Below are positions 40,915-50,808 of a stretch of DNA of 64,000 nucleotides, piece by piece. Position 1 is the stretch's first letter. Each line of letters opens with the position of its first letter. The DNA is from an uncultured Verrucomicrobiae bacterium (lineage in GTDB: Bacteria > Verrucomicrobiota > Verrucomicrobiia > Chthoniobacterales > JAFAMB01): assembly GCA_963837955.1 (NCBI GenBank), contig CAWIPH010000002.1, forward strand, positions 2,688,001 through 2,752,000, read 5' to 3'. Both the position numbers and the translations under genes were made by a program. A model generated the notes under the pieces. It searched no databases. It saw only the letters and a program-made list of their open reading frames with translations, and was not told where the DNA came from.

Positions 40915-41442
40915 ATGGGATACGTCAACGCCACCCTCCTGGAGAGCGGTCTCGACCAGATCCGTCGTTCCCCCGCTGACCAGGGGAGAGTGGAGCTCAT
41001 CGTTCGCCGGCCAGCCGAGAACGAGCGAGAAGTCGTCCCGGAGGCAATGCTGGATTCTGCCAAAGGTCTCGTCGGCGACACTTGGGCTAACGGATCGGCG
41101 CATCTCGACACGCAGCTGACGGTGATGAACGCTCGCGCAGCGCTGCTGGTGGCCGGTCAGGCGGAACGGCGGCAACTTGCGGGCGACCAGCTCTATGTCG
41201 ATCTCGACCTGAGCGAGGACAACATCCCGGCAGGCACGCGCTTGCAGCTCGGATCCGCAGTCATCGAGGTAACTAACTCGCCTCATCTCGGTTGCAACAA
41301 GTTCGCCGAGCGTTTCGGGCAAGATGCGCGCCGATTCGTAAACTCCGCCGTCGGCCGGCAGCTCCGGCTACGTGGTCTCAATGCCAAGGTCATTGTCCCT
41401 GGCGCCGTCCAGGTCGGCGATACGGTTCGGAAGCTATCGTAG
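40915..41442 (+). CDS. MOSC-domain protein
   Basis: GLVGDTW, LAGDQLYVDLDLS, PHLGCNKF, LRGLNAKVIVPG; start moved to ATG 40915. Confidence 0.85.
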   Translation: MGYVNATLLESGLDQIRRSPADQGRVELIVRRPAENEREVVPEAMLDSAKGLVGDTWANGSAHLDTQLTVMNARAALLVAGQAERRQLAGDQLYVDLDLSEDNIPAGTRLQLGSAVIEVTNSPHLGCNKFAERFGQDARRFVNSAVGRQLRLRGLNAKVIVPGAVQVGDTVRKLS

Positions 41443-41462
41443 CCTGATGCTCTAGCCTCAGG
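41439..41462. repeat. Single GTAG-type REP copy overlapping the MOSC stop codon
   Basis: GTAGCCTGATGCTCTAGCCTCAGG, 23/24 identical to 24952-24975. Confidence 0.75.
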
Positions 41463-41574
41463 GGTGTTGGTGATTAGGGATTAGTGATTGAAGGATCCGG
41501 CTACTTCCTCTTTTGCGCTTTCCTTCGTGAGAGTATCAGCTAACTTTTAAGAGCAGCGCAATTCTCCCCCCAGA

Positions 41575-43863
41575 ATGCCGAAAGCTAAAGTACAGCGATC
41601 GATCCGCCCAGTCCCGAACGGTTGGATGCCCGCGCTCTGGGCAAGCCTCAAACCTTTTGGAATCGGTGAGCAACATCCCAATAATTTTTCGGAAATTTTT
41701 CGGGCTCTTTGGGAAAACCGTGACAACCTCGATTACGCCTACCGGATTTTAGATCAAGGAGTCTGCGATGGCTGCTCGCTCGGCACCAGCGGGATGAAGG
41801 ACTGGACCATGACCGGGCTTCACTTGTGCAACGTCCGGCTCCGCCTGCTTCGGCTTAATACGATGCCCGCGTTAGATGGCAAGCTGTTGGAGAACGTCCA
41901 TGCGCTTCAATCGCAACGCTCGCGCGACCTGCGCGCATTCGGCCGCATCCCGTACCCGATGATCCGTCAGCGAGGAGAGCCGGGGTTTCGCCGAATTTCT
42001 TGGGACGAGGCTTTGACCAAGATCGCAGCTAAGATCAGACCAAGCCATCCAGAGCACATCTATTTCTACCTGACTAGTCGTGGTGTGCCGAACGAAACAT
42101 ACTACGCGGCGCAAAAAGCAGCGCGTTCACTCGGTACAAACAACATCGATAACGCAGCCCGAATTTGCCATTCGCCTAGCACTTTTGCTCTTAAAGCGGC
42201 GCTCGGCGTAGCGGCTACAACCTGTTCGTATACTGATCTGATTGGCACGGATCTAGTGGTCTTTTTCGGAAGCAATGTCGCCAACAACCAACCCGTCATG
42301 ATGAAGTACCTTTATTACGCGAGGAAGGCGGGTACCAAAGTGGCGCTGGTTAATCCTTACCGCGAGCCAGCCATGGAACGCTACTGGGTACCATCTGATG
42401 TTGAGAGCGCGTTTTTCGGCACCAAAGTCGCAGAGCACTTCTTTCAGGTCCAACCGAGGGGCGATGTGGCTTTTCTGCAAGGGACTCTGAAACACATGAT
42501 CGGTGAGGGTTGGCTAGACGATGAGTTCATTCACGAACACACTGCCGGTTTCGAGGAGTTGCGTTCGTTGGTGAACCAATTCTCTTGGGAAGAGTTGGAG
42601 ACCGCCAGCGGAGTTAGCCGGAACACCATGCGAGACTTTGCGCAACTGGTGGCCGGCGCGAAACGCGCGGTTTTCGTCTGGGGAATGGGAATTACCCAGC
42701 ACACCTGCGGAGAGGATAATGTTCATGCTATTGTCAACTTGGCCCTCGCGAAAGGGTTTGTCGGCCGAGAAGGTTGCGGCTTGATGCCCATCCGCGGGCA
42801 CTCGGGTGTTCAAGGTGGAGCCGAGATGGGAGCCTACGCTACGGCTTTTCCCGGAGGCTTGCCGATCAATGAGGAGAACGCGACGAAGTTCGCCCAGCAA
42901 TGGGGATTTCCCGTGCCGAAAAAGCCGGGCCTAACCACTCCCGAGATGTTTGAATTGGCTCTGCAGCGCGAGCTCGAAGTGCTTTGGTCGATGGGCGGAG
43001 ATTTCCGCCAGGTGATGCCAGATCCCGAGTTAATCGAGAGCGCTCTTAAAACGATCCCCCTTCGGGTTCACCAGGATATTGTGCTGTCCTCGCAAATGTT
43101 GATTGAGCCGGAAGACACAGTTGTACTACTTCCTTCCACCACTCGATACGAGATTCCAGGCGGGGTTACTGAGACCAGCACTGAACGACGGGTTATATTC
43201 AGCCCCGAAATTCCGGGACCACGCGTCGATGAAGCCCGATCGGAGTGGGAAGTTTTCTTGGAGATTGCCCGGCGCGTACAGCCAAAATTTGCGGACAAAC
43301 TCACCTTTGCCGGAACGGGTGCCATTCGCGAAGAAATCGCTCGGATGATCCCCTTTTACGAGGGCATACAGCACCTGAAAAAGAGGGGTGACAGCTTCCA
43401 GTATGGCGGCCCGATGCTCTGTGCAGGCTCCAAGTTTTCCACGGTCGACGGCAAAGCCCATTTCAAGGCCATCAGGTTGCCACAAGTAGAGGTGCCAGCC
43501 GGAGCTTTTCGAGTGGTTACTCGTCGAGGCAAACAATTTAACAGCATGGTACACGAGGATATCGATGCCAGCACGAATGCGCCACGGGACGGCGTATTGA
43601 TGAATCCGGAGGACGCCCACCGGCTGGGACTGACGTCCGGTGATCAGGTGCGATTACACAACGATTTCGGTACTTACGACGGAGAAGTGCGCGTTGCGCC
43701 GGTTACAGCCGGGACGCTAGAGGTCCACTGGCCGGAAGGCAATGTCTTAGTGGATCCACAGGCGCGTTCACCTCTCGCTAAGATTCCAGCCTACAAAGAG
43801 ATTTCCGCCACGTTGGAACGAGCCAATGGGGCCGAGCAGCACGAACCTTTCTTAAAGCTGTGA
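41575..43863 (+). CDS. FdhF/YdeP-family molybdopterin oxidoreductase (formate dehydrogenase-like)
   Basis: CDGCSLG, GTNNIDNAARICHSPS, WGMGITQH, PIRGHSGVQG, TRRGKQFNS and C-terminal molybdopterin dinucleotide-binding domain. Confidence 0.9.
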   Translation: MPKAKVQRSIRPVPNGWMPALWASLKPFGIGEQHPNNFSEIFRALWENRDNLDYAYRILDQGVCDGCSLGTSGMKDWTMTGLHLCNVRLRLLRLNTMPALDGKLLENVHALQSQRSRDLRAFGRIPYPMIRQRGEPGFRRISWDEALTKIAAKIRPSHPEHIYFYLTSRGVPNETYYAAQKAARSLGTNNIDNAARICHSPSTFALKAALGVAATTCSYTDLIGTDLVVFFGSNVANNQPVMMKYLYYARKAGTKVALVNPYREPAMERYWVPSDVESAFFGTKVAEHFFQVQPRGDVAFLQGTLKHMIGEGWLDDEFIHEHTAGFEELRSLVNQFSWEELETASGVSRNTMRDFAQLVAGAKRAVFVWGMGITQHTCGEDNVHAIVNLALAKGFVGREGCGLMPIRGHSGVQGGAEMGAYATAFPGGLPINEENATKFAQQWGFPVPKKPGLTTPEMFELALQRELEVLWSMGGDFRQVMPDPELIESALKTIPLRVHQDIVLSSQMLIEPEDTVVLLPSTTRYEIPGGVTETSTERRVIFSPEIPGPRVDEARSEWEVFLEIARRVQPKFADKLTFAGTGAIREEIARMIPFYEGIQHLKKRGDSFQYGGPMLCAGSKFSTVDGKAHFKAIRLPQVEVPAGAFRVVTRRGKQFNSMVHEDIDASTNAPRDGVLMNPEDAHRLGLTSGDQVRLHNDFGTYDGEVRVAPVTAGTLEVHWPEGNVLVDPQARSPLAKIPAYKEISATLERANGAEQHEPFLKL

Positions 43864-43876
43864 ATTGAAGACGCCT

Positions 43877-45136
43877 ATGACTCAAGAAACAACTAAGGGA
43901 TTGCCCAATCGCTGGCTGCTAGCGGGCGGGGGTGTACTAATGCAGCTAGCCTTAGGAGCGGTTTATGCATGGAGCGTATTCCGAAATCCGTTAATCAAGA
44001 CGTTTGGTTGGTCTATCTCAGACGTAACAACCACCTTTTCCATAGCCATCCTGGTTTTGGGCTTCGCCGCATTTCTCGGTGGCCTCTGGATGAGACGAGT
44101 CGGTCCTCGTGTCGTCGGGATCACCGCGGGGATTTGTTATGGTCTCGGCGTCGCCTTGGCGAGCCTTTCGAGTGGCAATATTTGGATCCTTTGGCTCACC
44201 TACGGAGTGCTTGGCGGGTTGGGACTCGGATTAGGGTACATTGTTCCTTTGGCCACCCTGGTAAAATGGTTTCCTGATCGGCGCGGCTTTATTACTGGAC
44301 TTGCAGTGGCCGGCTTCGGAGCTGGAGCTTTGATCACAGCTCCGGTGGCCCAGCATCTGATCGATGGTGTCGGGGTACTCAAGACGTTAGCGATTCTCGG
44401 TATAGATTACTTGATCCTGGTCGTGCTTGGTGCCTCTGTTATGCGCAATCCGCCCGAAGGCTGGGTGCCCAAAGGTTGGCAGCCTTCCGCCAAGCAACAA
44501 GAGCAATTGCAGGCGCGGAATTACACCCTCAAGGAGGCTCTATCCACCTGGCAATGGTACGTTCTCTGGGCAATGCTTTTCTTGAACGTGACGGCTGGCA
44601 TCAGCATCATTTCGCAGGCCTCGCCGATGGCGCAAGAAATCAGCGGCGTTAGTGCCGCGGTGGGCGCGGGCATGGTCGGTATCATCTCGATTGCCAACGG
44701 CATTGGCCGGCTGCTTTGGGCTTGGTTGTCCGATGCGATTGGACGTCGGACCGTTTTCTTGATCATGTTCCTGTTGCAAGCGGTACTTTTCTTCCTCTTG
44801 CCTTCGCTGCGGGAGTTCACGCTGCTGGCCACCGTGTGTTTCATCATCATCAGCTGTTACGGTGGCGGCTTCGGTACGATGCCCGCATTCGCTGCCGACT
44901 ATTTTGGTCCGAAATGGATCGGATCGATTTACGGACTGATGCTGACCGCGTGGGGTTTCGCCGGCGTCTTTGGGCCGCTGTTGATAGCCAATATCCGTCA
45001 GGCTACTGGGAAATACGATCGCGCATTAACCATCATCGCGGCGATAATGTTGGTTTCCAGCGTGCTGCCATTGGTGTTACGGCGCCATCGCGCGGTGGGC
45101 GAGCCGATCGCCGCGAAGCCTGTCGAAAGAGTCTAA
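43877..45136 (+). CDS. OFA-family MFS transporter (oxalate/formate antiporter-like)
   Basis: GAVYAWSVF, KWFPDRRG..TGLAVAGFGAG, NGIGRL.W..LSD.IGR, CYGGGFG..PA...DYFG. Confidence 0.9.
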   Translation: MTQETTKGLPNRWLLAGGGVLMQLALGAVYAWSVFRNPLIKTFGWSISDVTTTFSIAILVLGFAAFLGGLWMRRVGPRVVGITAGICYGLGVALASLSSGNIWILWLTYGVLGGLGLGLGYIVPLATLVKWFPDRRGFITGLAVAGFGAGALITAPVAQHLIDGVGVLKTLAILGIDYLILVVLGASVMRNPPEGWVPKGWQPSAKQQEQLQARNYTLKEALSTWQWYVLWAMLFLNVTAGISIISQASPMAQEISGVSAAVGAGMVGIISIANGIGRLLWAWLSDAIGRRTVFLIMFLLQAVLFFLLPSLREFTLLATVCFIIISCYGGGFGTMPAFAADYFGPKWIGSIYGLMLTAWGFAGVFGPLLIANIRQATGKYDRALTIIAAIMLVSSVLPLVLRRHRAVGEPIAAKPVERV

Positions 45137-45163
45137 CCGCTAGCCGAAAGGCTGGCGGAATTT
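45137..45163 (+). terminator. Possible terminator hairpin between convergent genes
   Basis: CCGCTAGCC-GAAA-GGCTGGCGG then AATTT directly after the transporter stop codon; weak U-tract. Confidence 0.35.
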
Positions 45164-45274
45164 AGCTCAGGGCGACAGCAGCAGCCGTCGCCCCGGGCCC
45201 AAGGCGGATGATTCGAAGCCGTTCGCCTACATTAGTTTGTCAGCGATTGGCCGATTCGATCTTTGGAAACGCGT

Positions 45275-45637
45275 TCAGGCCGATTTTGGATTCCACAGAC
45301 CAAGCGGCGCGCCCGTCGGATCGGCGATGATACTCAGCCAACCGGCATCCGGTATTTCAGTCACCTCTTTCATGACCGTCGCGCCAAGCGATTGGGCCTT
45401 TTGGGTTGAGGCGTTAATGTCGTCGACCAAGACATAGGCTAACCACATTGAAGGCGCTCCGGGAATGGGATGTTTCATCATTCCTCCGCCAGTGCCTTCG
45501 CCGACTTTAATCATTGTGTATGCGCCATTTTCCATCGGAAAATCTTCTAGCTTCCAGTCGAAGAGCTTTCCGTAAAAGGCTTTTGCTTTGCTGAGATCGG
45601 TTGTGTTGAGTTCAACGTGCGCGAATGGATTTGCCAT
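45275..45637 (-). CDS. VOC/glyoxalase-family protein
   Basis: MANPFAHVEL...KAFYGKLFDW, WLAYVLVDD, DPTGAPLGLW; start moved to ATG 45637. Confidence 0.9.
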   Translation of the reverse strand: MANPFAHVELNTTDLSKAKAFYGKLFDWKLEDFPMENGAYTMIKVGEGTGGGMMKHPIPGAPSMWLAYVLVDDINASTQKAQSLGATVMKEVTEIPDAGWLSIIADPTGAPLGLWNPKSA

Positions 45638-45933
45638 AACTGTCTCCGGGGTTTTCAAGCATTGGGGGTTTCGCCGGCGAGTCGTGCTGGCTTTCTCGAA
45701 CATCAGTGTATTGCCCTTAAGGTCGATAAAGGTCAATCAGCAACCCGCCACCGAAAGCAGCAGTTGAGAGACAGAAACTGGAAACGCTACGTTCTAGTAA
45801 TTTCCAGCTTGTGAACAATCTTAACCTGCCTCTGAAGAGGATCGGTGCCTGCGAATTCGTCCCGAAATTCAGACGTTTATCCAGAAGGCCATGGCCTGCA
45901 AAAGCGAATCGTGAGTCTGCTTCCGGATGTTCT

Positions 45934-48192
45934 TTATTTTTCCGACCGATGCCGCTTCGTCCCTTCGTCCGGGGTTGGTGAAGCATATTCATCCGGATGC
46001 GCCAGCGAACTCATATCGGTTCCAACCTTCGTCCTCTTTTCTTCCTTCAAGCTTGCCCGGAAAGATTCGACGTTATTCTCGACCACCGTCGGTTGAATAA
46101 AGACCAGAAGCTCGTTTCGATTGCGAGTATGCGTTTGAAATTTGAAGAGATTGCCGACATAGGGCAACCGATCGACGATGGGAACTCCGGAGTCGCTGTG
46201 TTTGATAGTATCCTGGATTAATCCACCTAGGACGACGGTTGCACCGCTCGGTACCGTCACAGTGGTGGTCAAGCGTTGGCTATTCACGATCGGTACAGTG
46301 TTGCCGGCAATAGTCACGTTATTACCCAAGCTGTCATTGATCTGCGCGATCTTCAACGTAACCTCGCGATCGGAATTGATTAACGGTATCACCTCGAGCC
46401 GCAGTTCAACGTCTTCGTACTCGATAGTAGCTTGAATAGCGGCCGTATTGTTGTTGACAGTGTTAACGTTTGTTAACGTAGTGCCTGGCACCGGCACTCT
46501 CTGCCCTGAAGCAATCACCGCTCGTTTGTTGTTGGCGGTATAAACGGCCGGCCTGGCCAGAATCGTGAACTTGTCTCGTTGATCAATCGCTCGAACAAAA
46601 ACGCGGATTGCGTCATTGATGCTGCCGTAGATGGCTAGGCCCTGCGTACCCGGCACGAGCCCCGTGTTCAAGATTTGCCGGGGATCAATTACGACTTGGC
46701 CGTTTTGATTAAAGATACCCGCTTGAGTTCCGGTGCTGCTGAGATTGCTCGAGGCGATCCCTTGGCCCGAAGCGATCTTTTTGTAGGTCTGCGTAAAATC
46801 AACTCCGAAATCGAGCTCACTGCTCAGCTGGAGCTGACCTATGACGGTAGACAGATAGACTTGCTGCGGTCTGCGATCGAGACGGTCGAGCAAAGCGCGA
46901 ACTTTCTGGACGCTTTCCGGAGGTCCAATCACGATAATCTTGTTGTCCTTGGCGTCTGAAATAATGCGCGTTTTTCCAGCAATTAACGATTGCGGACCGA
47001 GCTGCTCATTCGGCTCCTGCAGCAAGTCTTGCCCGGCACCGACTGATCCGGCCGACGAATTTACCGAACTATAGCCACCGGTGCCCCCACCTGACTGCGT
47101 CATACCGGTCGAACTCCGTGAACTCCCGAGGTTAACGGTTCGATTCTGATTGACCTGTTGTGGCTGATTCTGATTCTGCAGCTGGTTTGTGCCGGCACCG
47201 TATTGCTGCTCTTCGTTTAGTAAGTCGGCCAGAACCGGAAGCGCCTCGCCGGCGGAGATGTATCGCAGCTTGTACTCGAGCGGCTGAGCAGCGGCTGTCG
47301 CCTGGTCAAACGCTTCTACCAACCCTCTCAGCGTAGCCATGTTCTGGGGACGGGTAACGATCAAGATTCGGTTGGTACGCGCATCAGGAATAAGCTGCGC
47401 CTGCAAACCGGCAATTACCGTGGACACGGGGTTAGCAACGACGACATTTTGGCCCTGCTGCTGCACCAGCTGGTTCTTCGGCTGACTGCCGCCGTCTAGC
47501 AGCTTACTCATTGTGTCACATACGCGTTCTGCATCGGCTCGAACCAATTGAACAAATTCGGTGGAGGTCGCAGCCGGAGGCAGGTCGATCAGGTCTTTTA
47601 AGGCAATCAGCTGTCGGATCACGTTCGTCGTCTCAGTGATCACCAGTGATTGTGCGCTGTTAACTGGAACAAAGGAGGTGTAGGCGCGCGGCAAAATATG
47701 CGTGTTAAAAACCGTTAACGCTTCATTGGCTGAGATATGGTTCAACGGCATGTAGTAGCTGACGATCTCTTCGCCAATCGGCATATCTTCCGGACTAGTG
47801 AAGAGACGCACTCCCTCGCTCCGGGCGTTTTTGCCGGTGCTCAGGTTGATTATCTTCATCGTGTTCTCGCCGGGACCGGGAATCAGGGCGTAATTGTTTA
47901 GGAGTAGCGCGGCTTCAATCAAGCGAATCAACTGACTCTTCTTAACCGGCTGTGGTAGCGAAATAGTCAACGGAACAGCGTTCGCCATTAGGTTGCTGTC
48001 CTCGATCAATGTCTTACCAGTTAGTTTTTCGTACTCCTGCAACACCGCAGTAATCGGCGCATTAGATGCTTCGTACGAAACCATTTCTTCGTCGGGACTC
48101 GGATTAGGCTGTGGCGTTGTCAGAGTGCTTTGGGCCCAAAGCAACGTCGCCTGCGAGAAGATCAAGGAAGCCAAGAGAAGGCGTGGGAGCAT
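45934..48192 (-). CDS. gspD: Type II secretion secretin GspD
   Basis: Signal peptide, N-domains (DARTNRILI, LLDRLDRRPQQV), secretin core (VELRLEVIPLIN, VVLGGLI, GVP...LPYVGNLF, RNELLVFIQP). Confidence 0.92.
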   Translation of the reverse strand: MLPRLLLASLIFSQATLLWAQSTLTTPQPNPSPDEEMVSYEASNAPITAVLQEYEKLTGKTLIEDSNLMANAVPLTISLPQPVKKSQLIRLIEAALLLNNYALIPGPGENTMKIINLSTGKNARSEGVRLFTSPEDMPIGEEIVSYYMPLNHISANEALTVFNTHILPRAYTSFVPVNSAQSLVITETTNVIRQLIALKDLIDLPPAATSTEFVQLVRADAERVCDTMSKLLDGGSQPKNQLVQQQGQNVVVANPVSTVIAGLQAQLIPDARTNRILIVTRPQNMATLRGLVEAFDQATAAAQPLEYKLRYISAGEALPVLADLLNEEQQYGAGTNQLQNQNQPQQVNQNRTVNLGSSRSSTGMTQSGGGTGGYSSVNSSAGSVGAGQDLLQEPNEQLGPQSLIAGKTRIISDAKDNKIIVIGPPESVQKVRALLDRLDRRPQQVYLSTVIGQLQLSSELDFGVDFTQTYKKIASGQGIASSNLSSTGTQAGIFNQNGQVVIDPRQILNTGLVPGTQGLAIYGSINDAIRVFVRAIDQRDKFTILARPAVYTANNKRAVIASGQRVPVPGTTLTNVNTVNNNTAAIQATIEYEDVELRLEVIPLINSDREVTLKIAQINDSLGNNVTIAGNTVPIVNSQRLTTTVTVPSGATVVLGGLIQDTIKHSDSGVPIVDRLPYVGNLFKFQTHTRNRNELLVFIQPTVVENNVESFRASLKEEKRTKVGTDMSSLAHPDEYASPTPDEGTKRHRSEK

Positions 48193-48213
48193 AAAGTTAA
48201 AAATAATTGACCG

Positions 48214-48987
48214 TTATTGATCTTGGTTTATTCCAGGACCTTGGTTGACTCCGGGATTCTGCCTAGGCGGCACGGCACCAGGAGTCCCGTTAGCGACCGC
48301 TGAAGGCAAGACTCGCCGACGATGAGTCTGCTGAGCTTGCGGTGGAATGTTTGGGTTCTGATTTGCGCCAGGAACGTTCCCGTTTTGATTTACGCCCGGA
48401 ATGTTAGGTTGAACCCTTCCACCCGGCACTTGATTGTTGATTTGCCGCGGAATTTGATTGTTCTGTCCGCCTTCTGGCTGGACCTGCATCGGATTGTCGG
48501 CAATTGCCGGTGCAGGTTCCTGTGGTTTGAATTTAATCGTACCCTGTTCCACACCGTTCGATATGACGGCCTCGAAATCTCGAATCATCTGGAAATCCTT
48601 TCCGCCTTTTGCGCGGACTTCGACGATCCGAATACCTTTGTCGTTGGGAACATCCGTAATCTTTTGTACGTCGTTGGTGTCGGCATCTTGAACAAACAAG
48701 GAGTCCTTCCCTCCCTCATTTAGCCAAGAGACAACGGCCAACTTATTGAAGGCCTCAGGTTGAATCTGAGCGGCCGGAGTGACCAGCGTAAACGGGTTTC
48801 GCTCCCAAAGCTTTCGATACCGCTCCGCTTTGAATCCGGTCGGCAGCGCATCATCCGCCCGGGCGAGCGCTACGGAAGACAAGAATACTAAACAGAATAC
48901 GCACGAGCTGATCGGAAATCTGGCTGTCGCTCCACTCGCCCCGAATCGGACAACAGACCGCAGCCTTCTGGGAAAAAAATCACGCAT
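48214..48987 (-). CDS. Putative GspC-like T2SS component with Q/N/P-rich tail
   Basis: Position before gspD; hydrophobic segment then RNPF motif; start set at the ATG overlapping the upstream stop. Confidence 0.55.
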   Translation of the reverse strand: MRDFFPRRLRSVVRFGASGATARFPISSCVFCLVFLSSVALARADDALPTGFKAERYRKLWERNPFTLVTPAAQIQPEAFNKLAVVSWLNEGGKDSLFVQDADTNDVQKITDVPNDKGIRIVEVRAKGGKDFQMIRDFEAVISNGVEQGTIKFKPQEPAPAIADNPMQVQPEGGQNNQIPRQINNQVPGGRVQPNIPGVNQNGNVPGANQNPNIPPQAQQTHRRRVLPSAVANGTPGAVPPRQNPGVNQGPGINQDQ

Positions 48988-49546
48988 GGGGGGCATACCA
49001 ACGGGCCACTTCCAGTTCCAGATTGACCTTGGGAGGCTCTGCTTCACTCTTGAGCGACAAGTTCGTGACCGCCTGAAATTTCTCGGGTTGTTGAAGCTCT
49101 GCCAGCCATTTCACGACATTCTCTAGATTACCGGACAACTTAAGTTTTACAGCGACCGACTGATAGTTGGCCGTATTCCTCGATTCTGCGAAACTTTGCT
49201 CCTGAATTACAAGCTGGTTCGCTTGCGCACTAGCGGTTACCGCCTGAAGGAGCTCGGATTGCGGGACTTGGCCCCCATTTACTCGAGGTTGCTGCCGATC
49301 GATCCACTGCTTTCTGGTCAACCAAAACTGCTTTTCCCGGAGCCACATCTGGTTGGTCTTGGCGGTCGCCTCCATCTCCCCGAGCTGCTGATTTAGTCCG
49401 TTCTCGGTGTCCAGCAGATAACTGATACCGTAGAAATTCGCCATAACGAATAGGGCCAGCCCGAAAAGGACCAACAGACGTCTCTCGTTCTTAGTCAATT
49501 TTCGCAATTTTCGGGTCTCCTTCGATCGTGAATTCCGCGCGTCCAT
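48980..49546 (-). CDS. GspM/PilO-like inner-membrane platform protein
   Basis: LTKNERRLL+TM, coiled coil, VKLKLSG.LENVVKWL ferredoxin-like fold; true start may be TTG 49507. Confidence 0.7.
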   Translation of the reverse strand: MDARNSRSKETRKLRKLTKNERRLLVLFGLALFVMANFYGISYLLDTENGLNQQLGEMEATAKTNQMWLREKQFWLTRKQWIDRQQPRVNGGQVPQSELLQAVTASAQANQLVIQEQSFAESRNTANYQSVAVKLKLSGNLENVVKWLAELQQPEKFQAVTNLSLKSEAEPPKVNLELEVARWYAPHA

Positions 49547-50717
49547 CAGGTCGCAAACTCGGGCTGTGCATCTGCCATTGGAAAAGGTTCAAGCTCGGAT
49601 TCGCCTTGATGTCTTCACTAAATTTAAAAACTGCGGCCGCTGCACTGGCTTCGCCCCGAATCGAAAGCTTGCCCTTCGTTATTTCGAATGCCGTGAGGCG
49701 CAGCCCTTGGGGCGGAATGAGAGCCGCGACCTGGTGCAGGATTTCAACAGGATACAGTTGCGGATCGACCGCCCACTCCACCTTCTTCCACTCATCTGCG
49801 GTCGCCTGGATCGCCCCGACCGTCGGAGCCTCGGTGGCTAACTGCCTGCGCAGTTGGGAGAGCTGAAATTTTTGCCAACCGATATATCCGACCAAGGCCA
49901 AGATCACCGCGGCATAAATCGCCGCAGCTGCCAATAGCAAGCGTTGAACGCGCCGGCGGCGCCGGCGGCGGGTATGCAACACCTCCACTTCGTTTGGAAG
50001 CAGCTTGGAAGGCGTGGCCGGAAAAGTAGGTGGCGGAAACGACTCTCTTGATACCCGCAGCGCTAGTCCTTTTTGCAACTGCTCGACTTCCTCGTCGGAA
50101 AAGTCACCCCAAAGCACTACACCGAGCATTGACTCAGAAAGCCGCTGACTTCCTAAGTACAAAAGCGCACAGCGAACTTCGTGAATCATCTCCGCGCCGA
50201 CCTCCGTCTCACCCAAGATTTGCAAATGGATCGGATTTCTACCGCGGGTGACCGCGATAGCCAGCCGCCCCTGCTCGCGCCAGATGCACAAGCGATCTTG
50301 CGGCAGCGGAAGCACAAAGCTTGCCGGTTCAAATTGGACTGCCGATGCAAAGGCTAGTCGCGGATCCAGTTCGGGTAGCAGAGCGGTGGCCAACGCTAGC
50401 GACTTGTCTGCTTGAGTTTCCAGAACCCGGATATCGGTTCGTTTGCCATTTCGCTGGGTTAATCCCTGCTGCTCGAGTTGCAGTTGGACGATTTCGGGAA
50501 CCAGAGAGCGATCGCCCGTGGCAACCCAGGTCGCCATAGTGACGGTTTGTCGCACCGGCAAGCCCACTATCGTCTCCCCCGGCGCATCAGCCGGCTTGGC
50601 GATTCGACGAACAAACTGGGCCCGTTTCGAATTTGAAAATGTCCAGAGCTCCCAATCTTCCGTCGCGGTGCAGCGAACGAATGAACGCTGAGAGCGGTCG
50701 CGCACACTGTCTGTCAT
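49491..50717 (-). CDS. GspL/PilMN-like protein
   Basis: Cytoplasmic domain, RRRRRR + TM, C-terminal PilN-like LSIRGEA; operon position. Confidence 0.7.
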   Translation of the reverse strand: MTDSVRDRSQRSFVRCTATEDWELWTFSNSKRAQFVRRIAKPADAPGETIVGLPVRQTVTMATWVATGDRSLVPEIVQLQLEQQGLTQRNGKRTDIRVLETQADKSLALATALLPELDPRLAFASAVQFEPASFVLPLPQDRLCIWREQGRLAIAVTRGRNPIHLQILGETEVGAEMIHEVRCALLYLGSQRLSESMLGVVLWGDFSDEEVEQLQKGLALRVSRESFPPPTFPATPSKLLPNEVEVLHTRRRRRRRVQRLLLAAAAIYAAVILALVGYIGWQKFQLSQLRRQLATEAPTVGAIQATADEWKKVEWAVDPQLYPVEILHQVAALIPPQGLRLTAFEITKGKLSIRGEASAAAAVFKFSEDIKANPSLNLFQWQMHSPSLRPDGRAEFTIEGDPKIAKID

Positions 50718-50808
50718 AGGGCTTGTCTTTCGCTGCCAAGAACATGAGCGTTTGGCACCACTGTCAGTTGATCGATGTTGCTCCCCTTCACGTTTCCAAG
50801 CCAGCCCG

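Noticed and set aside
41443..41574. Molybdenum-cofactor riboswitch upstream of the FdhF/YdeP gene, or selenocysteine recoding in the molybdoenzymes
   Set aside because: No Moco RNA consensus was seen; both enzymes have Cys codons at the metal-ligand position with no in-frame TGA.
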